From Candidatus Nanohalarchaeota archaeon (lineage in GTDB: Archaea; Nanohalarchaeota; Nanosalinia; Nanosalinales; JAFCCC01), in assembly GCA_017610385.1 (NCBI GenBank), contig JAFCCC010000001.1, positions 32,001 to 96,000 on the forward strand: 64,000 nucleotides of DNA, read 5' to 3'. Numbering within the stretch: the stretch's first letter is position 1; every line of letters starts with the position of its first letter. This document shows, piece by piece, positions 10,503 to 17,970 of the stretch. The position numbers and the translations under genes are program-made. The notes below the pieces were generated by a model, which worked only from the letters and a program-made list of their open reading frames with translations, did no database searches and was not told the DNA's origin.

Positions 10503-11174
10503 ATGAAAAAATTGATTTTAACTGCGGCCACAATAACTGCAACGGTTGTTCTTTTGGGTCTATTGATGGGTTATTGGATGGAAAATCGCAGGGTCTCTTC
10601 TATCAGTAAAGAAATCGAAGATCTAAGTATTCAAAACAATGATGCACTTCTTCAAATGGCTTATTTTGAAACGTTTCAGACTAAAGAAAATTTCTGCGAA
10701 TCTGTGGTACCAACAACAATAGACTTGCTGCGAAACGCCATTGATAAAGGAATGAAATTGGAAAGATATGAAACAATTAATCGGCTTGCACCGGGGTATA
10801 TTTTAGAAAAGAAAAAATATGCCACTATCTTGTTAAGATTGTGGTTTAATGTAATCCAATTAAGAGAAATTTGTGACGAAAACTATTCTACGATTATTTA
10901 TTTGTACAATCATGATCCAATTAATGGAGCAGAAAAAACAAGACAGGATATTCAAAGTAGAGCATTATTAGAATTAGAGCACGTATGTGGAAAAGAAAAA
11001 ATACTGTTGTTTGCATTACCTTCAGATTTAGAACTCACTACGATAACACTACTCAAAAAACAATATAATATCACTCAAGTACCAAGCATAATCATTAATG
11101 AAAAATACGTTTTTAAAGGTATAACAAATTATAATGAAATAATTCCGTATACGAATTGTGATTTAAATGGCTGA
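10503..11174 (+). CDS. Membrane-anchored hypothetical protein with thioredoxin-like C-terminus
   Basis: N-terminal TM helix; YNITQVPSIIIN resembles the thioredoxin-fold cis-Pro loop; in an operon with the GT2. Confidence 0.6.
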   Translation: MKKLILTAATITATVVLLGLLMGYWMENRRVSSISKEIEDLSIQNNDALLQMAYFETFQTKENFCESVVPTTIDLLRNAIDKGMKLERYETINRLAPGYILEKKKYATILLRLWFNVIQLREICDENYSTIIYLYNHDPINGAEKTRQDIQSRALLELEHVCGKEKILLFALPSDLELTTITLLKKQYNITQVPSIIINEKYVFKGITNYNEIIPYTNCDLNG

Positions 11175-11499
11175 AAAAAAATCAACTAAAGAAATGTCTT
11201 TTAGATCAAAAATCTATTTCTTGATTCTGTTAGCCGTAATTATTTTTGCGGTAATTTTACTTTATAAATATTTTGATAATCAGGCAGTATTACGAGAATG
11301 TGCAGAAATAGAACAAGAAATTTTAATGAATCCAGAACTTCAAAAATTGAATTCAACATGCATTTGTCAGCCAGGACGATTATATAAAAATAAAATTAAC
11401 TATAGTGCGGAACTCGATAGCAAAGCAGAACTAAGATATATGGTAATTTGCCAGTCAAATAATCAAACAAGGCTTTATCCTATTTGGAAGTCTAAGTAA
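11167..11499 (+). CDS. Hypothetical membrane-anchored protein
   Basis: Single TM helix, Cys-containing external domain; overlaps the previous gene. Confidence 0.65.
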   Translation: MAEKKSTKEMSFRSKIYFLILLAVIIFAVILLYKYFDNQAVLRECAEIEQEILMNPELQKLNSTCICQPGRLYKNKINYSAELDSKAELRYMVICQSNNQTRLYPIWKSK

Positions 11500-11536
11500 A
11501 AATTAAGAGGCGTTATTGTCTAAGTAAAAATTAAGA
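11490..11536. repeat. 19-bp direct repeat (GTCTAAGTAAAAATTAAGA) at a convergent gene junction
   Basis: Exact copies at 11490-11508 and 11518-11536. Confidence 0.85.
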
Positions 11537-12475
11537 TGTGCTGTCTAATTTACCAATTTCTCGTTCAATCACAATCAAATTTGTTCTTCCGCGTTTTGTT
11601 TTTTTGATCAAATCTCTTTTTTCTAGATTATGAATCAGTCTAGATGCCTTTGCCTTTGATAGATTTAATTCTCGCACAATATTTCGTTGAGTGCTTTTCT
11701 TATCTTTTTTGATTAGAAATTCAAGAATCTGTTTTTCATCATCTGTTAAAGCAGGCATTAGGGACGCAATACTACCTGAGTTTTTCCTTAAAGTTCTTTT
11801 ATTATTAATTATAAAGAATACAATGACAATTGCAAAAATCACCCCAAGAGGTATAAAAACAAATATGGGGAAGTTACCGAAAAAGCCGATTTTTTCATAA
11901 TATGCTCTAAAATGCAAAGTTGTGCCTAAAACTACTTTGGCATCTGTCCAATCTATAGTTATCTGACGTCCAGTACTACCGATAATTCCTGTTGGTGGAT
12001 CTATTGGAATTACAGAACTATCATTTTCTTTAAAAATAACATATCCTTCAGGAAGAATCAATTTAACCGCATATAATTTAGTAGGATCTACAATACTGTG
12101 TTGATATTCAAATCGCTCTATTTTATCTTTTTGTGATACTAAATCTTTTGTCTGAAATGATAATTTAACACTATAATTCTCTTTAAATGTGGGAATACAA
12201 ATAAACTCTGTACCAATATTTAGGATTCTTATTTCACAATTAAGTCTTCCAAATGAATCGGAAGCAATAAATTTTTGAACATTATATGGAACCAAATACG
12301 AAAGCTTATCTGATGTTAGTTCTCGGTAGAATAACGTAATATCTACCGATGTAGACTTCCCCAGAGAAATACTTACTTCTTCGCGCGATATTTCTGTTCC
12401 GTGCACCACAAACACCAAAAACTGGGCTAATACCAATAATGAAACTATTTGGAACAGTCTACGAAGGATTCTCAT
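11531..12475 (-). CDS. Membrane protein with extracellular domain and C-terminal winged HTH (COG2512-like)
   Basis: Signal/TM, second TM, then LTDDEKQIL...TQRNIVRELNLSKAKASRLIHNLEKRDLI...GRTN wHTH. Confidence 0.85.
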   Translation of the reverse strand: MRILRRLFQIVSLLVLAQFLVFVVHGTEISREEVSISLGKSTSVDITLFYRELTSDKLSYLVPYNVQKFIASDSFGRLNCEIRILNIGTEFICIPTFKENYSVKLSFQTKDLVSQKDKIERFEYQHSIVDPTKLYAVKLILPEGYVIFKENDSSVIPIDPPTGIIGSTGRQITIDWTDAKVVLGTTLHFRAYYEKIGFFGNFPIFVFIPLGVIFAIVIVFFIINNKRTLRKNSGSIASLMPALTDDEKQILEFLIKKDKKSTQRNIVRELNLSKAKASRLIHNLEKRDLIKKTKRGRTNLIVIEREIGKLDSTS

Positions 12476-12580
12476 AATGAAAATTTGGTGTAATGATAAT
12501 ATAAAACTATGTAAAATTTCCCAAAAACAGACTAATCTTTAAAAAGCGCCAAAGATATATACTGTAATAGGTGAAATTAA

Positions 12581-12784
12581 ATGACTGAACTACCAAAAGC
12601 ACCAGTTAAAAGAATACTTGCTAATGCGGGAGCCAGAAGGGTTTCAAATAATGCTGTAGATGCGTTTGTTAAGGCATTAGAAAAATTTACTGCTGAACTT
12701 ACAAAAGACGCAGTAAAAATGGCAAAAAGAACTGGTCGCAAAACAATCCAAAAGAAAGATGTTCTTGCAGCAAGAAGAGCATAG
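12581..12784 (+). CDS. Archaeal histone (HMf-like)
   Basis: ELPKAPVKRI...AGARRVS...GRKTIQKKDV histone fold, 67 aa, GGTGA RBS upstream. Confidence 0.95.
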   Translation: MTELPKAPVKRILANAGARRVSNNAVDAFVKALEKFTAELTKDAVKMAKRTGRKTIQKKDVLAARRA

Positions 12785-12826
12785 AAAAATGGGGACTTTT
12801 TAATTTATTTTTACTCCCTTTTATTT

Positions 12827-13255
12827 TTATTCTCGATCTAAAATAACTAAGCCACCAAGACCAGATTCTAAGAATTTGTGCATCATTCCGGCAACAGAAT
12901 TAACACCATCTTGAAGTTCCCCTAGATTAATTTCGATCTTTTTCGGTTCTAGAATTTCAATCATTGTAGGTCCATAATTTAAAGTAATATTAATTAAACT
13001 AGAAAAGCCATTAACAACGAATTCAATTTCACAAATTTGAGAATAACCTTTTTCTACTTTGGGGTGTGGTTTATCTATCTCCTGAACTTCTTCAAATGTT
13101 TCTTTGGTAAAACTAACTGTTTTCTCGTCTTTCAAGGATTTAATATGGTCTTTTAATGATTTTTCAGCTAGGGTTTTATCTGTAGCTAAAATTTCAAACA
13201 AGGCCCACACCATAATCTGCCCCTTTTTAAGTTCCATAAAATCAAATTTGAACAA
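12827..13255 (-). CDS. Hypothetical protein
   Basis: Plausible ORF with YSQICEIEF and NYGPTMIEILEP; function not recognised. Confidence 0.7.
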   Translation of the reverse strand: MFKFDFMELKKGQIMVWALFEILATDKTLAEKSLKDHIKSLKDEKTVSFTKETFEEVQEIDKPHPKVEKGYSQICEIEFVVNGFSSLINITLNYGPTMIEILEPKKIEINLGELQDGVNSVAGMMHKFLESGLGGLVILDRE

Positions 13256-13370
13256 ACTCTTAAGTAAGTTACGATTTTATTACCAAATATAAATCTTTAC
13301 ATTCACAGTTTGCATAAGTAGTAGATAAGCTTTTCAAATAAAAGCGAATAAACTGACGGGCATTTTAGCT

Positions 13371-13508
13371 GCCACAGTGGCTCAATTGGCAGAGCAGCTG
13401 CTTCGTATTGTAATGAGGAGGACACTTATTCCGATAAAATATGAGGACGTGAACACCCCCCGAACAAGAATCAGCAGCAGGTTGTGGGTTCAACTCCCAT
13501 CTGTGGCT
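13371..13508 (+). tRNA. tRNA-Thr(CGT) with 65-nt intron at 37/38 (13408-13472)
   Basis: Acceptor GCCACAG/CTGTGGC + U73; stem GCTGC/GCAGC; loop TT-CGT-A|...|A; relaxed BHB (TTCG/AGAA with one mismatch, TGT/ACA outer helix). Confidence 0.92.
13408..13472 (+). ncRNA. Intron-encoded box C/D guide sRNA
   Basis: C ATGAGGA 13413-19; guide GGACACTTATT; D' CCGA 13431-34; C' ATGAGGA 13441-47; guide CGTGAACACCCC; D CCGA 13460-63; terminal stem TTGT/ACAA. Confidence 0.8.
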
Positions 13509-13519
13509 ATAGTAAATAA

Positions 13520-13790
13520 AATAACAATAGAAAAATACATCAAAACATTTTGAAAATAGAAAGTGTATCATAATACGTTTTGAGGTGAGATTAACTGATT
13601 TTAACTATAAAGTATACGGGATATTGGTATTAAACAATAGAAAAATGCAACAAAAGAATTAACAGGATGATAACCTTGATTTGAAGTATCATTTAAATTT
13701 AATGCAAAAGATAGGGAAAATGTTTCACACAAAGGAAGAATTAGAAAATAGAGGCATAGTTATTTTAGGTATAAGAAACAAATATAGGTA
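13520..13790 (+). pseudogene. Degraded paralog of the downstream DUF3850/ASCH gene
   Basis: Broken frames give RFEVRLTDFNYKV (vs KFDVRMADFKCRV) and FHTKEELENRGIVILGI (vs FWSKDQSSKYGFQIIGF); boundaries approximate. Confidence 0.6.
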
Positions 13791-13792
13791 TA

Positions 13793-14098
13793 ATGATAAT
13801 AGAGAAAAAAACATGGCCTGAACTTTTTCAGGATATATCTGATGGGAAGAAAAAATTCGATGTCAGAATGGCTGACTTTAAATGTCGGGTAGGGGATACA
13901 CTAATTCTAAAAGAATGGCTTCCAGATAAAGAAGATTATACGGGAAGAGAATTAGAAAAAGAAGTAAGTTATGTTTTAAAAACGAAATATCATCCCTTTT
14001 GGAGTAAAGATCAATCGAGCAAATATGGATTCCAAATAATAGGATTTAAACAAGAGGAAGAGAAAAAACCAGAAGAAATTATTAAAAGTGAAAACTAA
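13793..14098 (+). CDS. DUF3850/ASCH (PUA-like) domain protein
   Basis: KKTWPELFQDI..GKKKFDVR..DF..GDTLILKEW..YTGRE. Confidence 0.8.
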   Translation: MIIEKKTWPELFQDISDGKKKFDVRMADFKCRVGDTLILKEWLPDKEDYTGRELEKEVSYVLKTKYHPFWSKDQSSKYGFQIIGFKQEEEKKPEEIIKSEN

Positions 14099-15093
14099 GA
14101 TTTTCCATTAAGAATTTCCTCATAAACGTGAATGTATTTGTTTGCAGTTTTATCTAAAGAGCGTGCTTTAGCTGCATTTCTTCCGTTTTTGATAAACCTT
14201 TCCCTAATTTTTGGATGTTCTATTAGTTTAGATAATTTTTCTTTAAGATCTAATGTGTCTTGGCATAAAAAACAATTTTTTCTATCTTTCAATAATCCAT
14301 GATATGCAGGAATATCGCGCGCAACAATAGCGGTGCCACAACCCAATGCCTCCAAAACAACTAAACCCTCTGTTTCAAATTTAGAACATTGTAAAAATAC
14401 TTTAGCGGAATTATACGCACCAATCATCTCAGTTTGAGATAAATAACCCAAAAAATTAAAGTTTGGTGGAGCTTTAATGTGATTAAATAGCCGTTTAGCA
14501 AAAGACGTTGGGAAGATAGGTAAAATCTCTCCGGCATGCGCAAACTCGTATTCAGTTTCGCTAGCTATCTTTATTGCTGTTTTTAAATCTTTTCTTGGAT
14601 CATTTATTCTTCCAATTACAAAAACAAAGTCTTTTAATCCGAAATTATCTTCAAAGTGCTTTTTTAAGTCATTATTTCGACGCATAGTTCTTAAATCAAT
14701 TCCATTAGAAATTGTAATTACTTTTTCGAAATTTTGCGTTCTCATTGCAGATTCAACATGTTTTGTAGGTGTAATTAGTAAATCGAACTTAGAATAGAAT
14801 TTTTTGTAAAAATCCCAACTTAATTTGTTCACAAACTCAAACGGCACATATGCATTTTTGAAATCATTTGGATTCGCGTGAATCGTTCCAACAAATTTCT
14901 TATCAGGATACTTATTCAATACATAATGCGCAATATGCAATGGAGAGTGAGCATGAATTATATCTGCATCTTTAAATCCATTATTCCTATAAACTGTGAT
15001 TCCTTTTTCTTCTAACCTTTGTATAATACGATTAACAGCATATGTTCTTCCATAACCAATCGTTTCAAATTCCGAAATAAAGGAAACTTTCAT
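14095..15093 (-). CDS. GT4 family glycosyltransferase
   Basis: DIIHAH, ISNGID, ETEGLVVLEALGCG. Confidence 0.92.
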   Translation of the reverse strand: MKVSFISEFETIGYGRTYAVNRIIQRLEEKGITVYRNNGFKDADIIHAHSPLHIAHYVLNKYPDKKFVGTIHANPNDFKNAYVPFEFVNKLSWDFYKKFYSKFDLLITPTKHVESAMRTQNFEKVITISNGIDLRTMRRNNDLKKHFEDNFGLKDFVFVIGRINDPRKDLKTAIKIASETEYEFAHAGEILPIFPTSFAKRLFNHIKAPPNFNFLGYLSQTEMIGAYNSAKVFLQCSKFETEGLVVLEALGCGTAIVARDIPAYHGLLKDRKNCFLCQDTLDLKEKLSKLIEHPKIRERFIKNGRNAAKARSLDKTANKYIHVYEEILNGKS

Positions 15094-15148
15094 CTTTTAT
15101 TTAATTAATCTTGGCAAAGTTTTTAATATTCTTTTCGCACATAATAAA

Positions 15149-15514
15149 GTGATAAATATGGAAGAACTACAAAAAAAAGCGGATTCTATTTTTGTAAAGG
15201 TTGATGGATACAGAATTATTCTTCAAGATTTAGAAGGTACAAAACAGATTATTGAGAATTTGAAGGAAGCAATCTCTGTGTTAAATCGGGTTACAGAAGT
15301 AAAAGAAAAAAGTGTGTCTGCGGTTATAGATAACATTGCCAGATTAAATGAAAAACTAATTTCAATTTCTTCACAATTACCCGATGTAAGAGAACCAATT
15401 TTAAATCCAATAATGTCTCAGCAAATGCCGTCGCAAGGAATCATTAAAGATACGGTAAATGATCTCAGAGGAGAACTTGAAACACTAAAGAATGATCTCT
15501 CTAAAATCAGATAA
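15149..15514 (+). CDS. Hypothetical coiled-coil protein
   Basis: IFVKVD motif followed by heptad-rich helices. Confidence 0.65.
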   Translation: MINMEELQKKADSIFVKVDGYRIILQDLEGTKQIIENLKEAISVLNRVTEVKEKSVSAVIDNIARLNEKLISISSQLPDVREPILNPIMSQQMPSQGIIKDTVNDLRGELETLKNDLSKIR

Positions 15515-15533
15515 TTTTGTCTTTAGACAGATA

Positions 15534-15540
15534 TTTAAAT
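15534..15540 (+). promoter_or_regulatory. Probable TATA box for tRNA-Leu
   Basis: TTTAAAT preceded by a purine-rich BRE-like stretch, about 70 nt upstream of the mature tRNA. Confidence 0.45.
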
Positions 15541-15607
15541 TTGTTCTCAGAATGAAAGGGTAGTGGGTTGCTTGCAACTCGCAGGTGTGTTAACTGGCAT
15601 TTCAGTT

Positions 15608-15721
15608 GCGGGGGTAGCCAAGTGGTCAACGGCGATAGGCTCAAGTACTGAATTTGAGATCTGATTTAATGAAGAAACCTATTCCCATAGGGGTTCGTCG
15701 GTTCGAATCCGGCCTCCCGCA
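15608..15721 (+). tRNA. tRNA-Leu(CAA) with 31-nt intron at 37/38 (15646-15676)
   Basis: Acceptor GCGGGGG/CTCCCGC; stem ATAGG/CCTAT; long variable arm; T-loop TTCGAAT. Confidence 0.93.
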
Positions 15722-15847
15722 CAATCCCAAAATCTTGATTTAATTCTAATTGGCGCCGAAAAAGTGAACGAACTATCAAATAGATTAAGAAAAGATGGCT
15801 TTAGTGTTATTCAAAAAGAAATACTGGGATGGCTTGTGAATTTATTC

Positions 15848-16171
15848 TCATTTCTTTGGTTCTAATATTTGAAATTCAAATCCGTTTGTCAATTTTGCAT
15901 TTCTGTTGCAGATTGGACAGCGAGCATTACTCATTCCTTTATGTGTAATTCCTTCTCCTTCATAACCACATTCGCATTTAATCAGAGAGCGGGTTGTTAC
16001 AATATCTAATGTGGTATGAGTCAGTTGTGTATTTTTGGTCATTAAATCAAAAATCATTCTAAACGTGGTGGGGTCCGCTAGAACAGAACCTAATCTCAAT
16101 ACAATTGATCCATTATATTTTCTATTTAGAACCTCTAAAATAGTATTCATTACCAAATCTGCTTCCTTCAT
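15848..16171 (-). CDS. HypA-like zinc-finger protein
   Basis: HypA pattern LRLG...FRMIFDL..KNT.L...KCECG...CPIC...LTNG.E; N-terminus MKE instead of MHE. Confidence 0.75.
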   Translation of the reverse strand: MKEADLVMNTILEVLNRKYNGSIVLRLGSVLADPTTFRMIFDLMTKNTQLTHTTLDIVTTRSLIKCECGYEGEGITHKGMSNARCPICNRNAKLTNGFEFQILEPKK

Positions 16172-16176
16172 TTTCT

Positions 16177-16602
16177 TCACTTAATTTTTTGAATCTGTGA
16201 ACAGTAGGTGTATATTTCGTATTCGTCTTTATATTTCTGAAATTTTCCTTCAACACTCACACGATCTCCTATAGTTAGATCGCTTTTACCTTTATAGGCA
16301 CTACAAAAAATCAGAATTTCATTTGATCCATCAGAAACCTTAAGTCGTTGATAAACGTAACCTTTTTTAGAAGTATAATCCTTCAAAACAGCAGAAATAT
16401 TGCCTGCTACTTTAATATTTTGATCTAAAGGACGCTTAGACAACAACTGGGTTATTGTATATGTTCCACTATTCTTGGTTGAATCAAATTGTGTTGAATT
16501 GGACATAGAAGAAGCTGTTGTATCAGAAAATATTAAAGAAATCAAAACAGTTCCAATAATTAAAATTGTGACGTAAATGAATCTTTTTAACTCTTTATCC
16601 AT
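16177..16602 (-). CDS. Membrane-anchored OB-fold protein
   Basis: N-terminal TM; VSDGSNEILIF..GDRVSVEGKFQKYKDEYEI OB-fold pattern. Confidence 0.75.
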   Translation of the reverse strand: MDKELKRFIYVTILIIGTVLISLIFSDTTASSMSNSTQFDSTKNSGTYTITQLLSKRPLDQNIKVAGNISAVLKDYTSKKGYVYQRLKVSDGSNEILIFCSAYKGKSDLTIGDRVSVEGKFQKYKDEYEIYTYCSQIQKIK

Positions 16603-17015
16603 ACAATCAACCTCTGATGATATTTCCATAAAACAAAAATTAAAAGTGAAAATAAAATAATCATTAAGTTTCCTAGTAGACTACTAGAATAAACTAAATT
16701 TAAAGAGTAGTATTTTTCATACGGAAAAAGCCACATAATTCCCATAGGCGTTAATGAATCTAAAAATAAATGAGTTAAAAAACCAATGGCAAAAGCCAAA
16801 GTCGAACTTTTATTTTGGGTTATTAAATAGAACAGAGTCGTTAGAACAATTAGCGCAATAGGCGTGTGCAGAATTCCTCTATGTACTAAAGGAAAAGCGA
16901 AGGTAAAGGTTAAATCCAAATCAGGGAGAATAGAGCTAATTATTCCTGCGACAATAGGCAATCTTAGAATATAAATTAGTGAAAATGCGAAAATCACATG
17001 AGTTAATCCGATCAT
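16587..17015 (-). CDS. YdjM-family membrane metal-dependent hydrolase
   Basis: THVIF, LPDLD, HRGILH, THLFLDSLTPMG. Confidence 0.88.
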   Translation of the reverse strand: MIGLTHVIFAFSLIYILRLPIVAGIISSILPDLDLTFTFAFPLVHRGILHTPIALIVLTTLFYLITQNKSSTLAFAIGFLTHLFLDSLTPMGIMWLFPYEKYYSLNLVYSSSLLGNLMIILFSLLIFVLWKYHQRLIVWIKS

Positions 17016-17112
17016 TGAATTATAATTAAATTCTTGGCCATAAATTTATAACGGAACAAGAGGAATGGCGCTTAAAGCGAGTTTAAACGTGCTTAAGACA
17101 AATAAAAAGAAA

Positions 17113-17218
17113 TAGCGAGAGATGGATTTGAATTCGACAGATTTGGCCATGACCAATAATCTTCCATCGACCTTCGGGTTATGAGCCCGACGAGCACTCC
17201 TGACTGCTCCATCTCGCT
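17113..17218 (-). tRNA. Initiator tRNA-Met(CAT) with 31-nt non-canonical intron at 53/54 (17133-17163)
   Basis: A1-U72 acceptor AGCGAGA/TCTCGCT, GGG/CCC anticodon stem; insertion between GATGG and TTCAAAT forms helix CGAT/GTCG with bulges GG|A and AA|T. Confidence 0.93.
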
Positions 17219-17268
17219 ATATAATCTACATTAATTTTATACATAAACCTTATAAACGTGATGCCACC

Positions 17269-17970
17269 ATGTTCAAAACTTCGCCTGCTGTTTTAAATTT
17301 AAGTCCTAATCTTTCACGCTGTGTGGGGTTGTGGTTAGCGGAAGGAGATAATAAAACTAAATCAGAAATAACATTTACTAATTCTTGTGCCGATTTAGTT
17401 GACTTTTTTGCTGAGACAATTATTCAGGAATTTGCGTTCAAAGGAAATCCAAGAATATACTGTTATTCTCATGAAAATCTTATGAAACTAAAGAAAATTG
17501 GAATCGCCGATTTGCATCCTCTAAAGAAAATTGCATTCGAACGAATGGTTGAAACTTACAAAGAAATTCATTATCCTGCCCATTTTTTGAAAAATAGAAT
17601 TTGGAAAGATCTTAAAGTACCTCATACATCTCAACAACTTTCGAAAAAATCTGATCGTTCTATTGCGAGAATACAAGATATAGTGATACAGCTTAAGAAA
17701 GATGGTAAAATTAAAGATTTTAGAGTGGAAAGTACAAACTATTGGATTCGGAGTGATCAGAATATGATAATCATCTCCAACACAAAAAAGAAATATCTGG
17801 ATCTATTGGGAGCTGAAGCTCTGTCAATAAAAAAAATATCTTCTCATTTCGAAGTGAGACTGCGTTCTTCGTACAAAATTCTTAAGAGATTAGAACAATT
17901 GAGATTAATTAAAAAAGATAATCATAAATGGAGAAAAGTTCATACAAATAAGAAGGTGATTGTTTTGTGA
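17269..17970 (+). CDS. Stand-alone LAGLIDADG-like protein with C-terminal wHTH, apparently internally truncated
   Basis: VGLWLAEGD..EITFTNS (one LAGLIDADG motif) followed by two HTH-like segments; no second motif seen. Confidence 0.65.
   Translation: MFKTSPAVLNLSPNLSRCVGLWLAEGDNKTKSEITFTNSCADLVDFFAETIIQEFAFKGNPRIYCYSHENLMKLKKIGIADLHPLKKIAFERMVETYKEIHYPAHFLKNRIWKDLKVPHTSQQLSKKSDRSIARIQDIVIQLKKDGKIKDFRVESTNYWIRSDQNMIIISNTKKKYLDLLGAEALSIKKISSHFEVRLRSSYKILKRLEQLRLIKKDNHKWRKVHTNKKVIVL

Noticed and set aside
15722-15865. Open frame after tRNA-Leu as an integrated-element remnant
   Set aside because: No clear start, no recognisable motif and no duplicated tRNA 3' end
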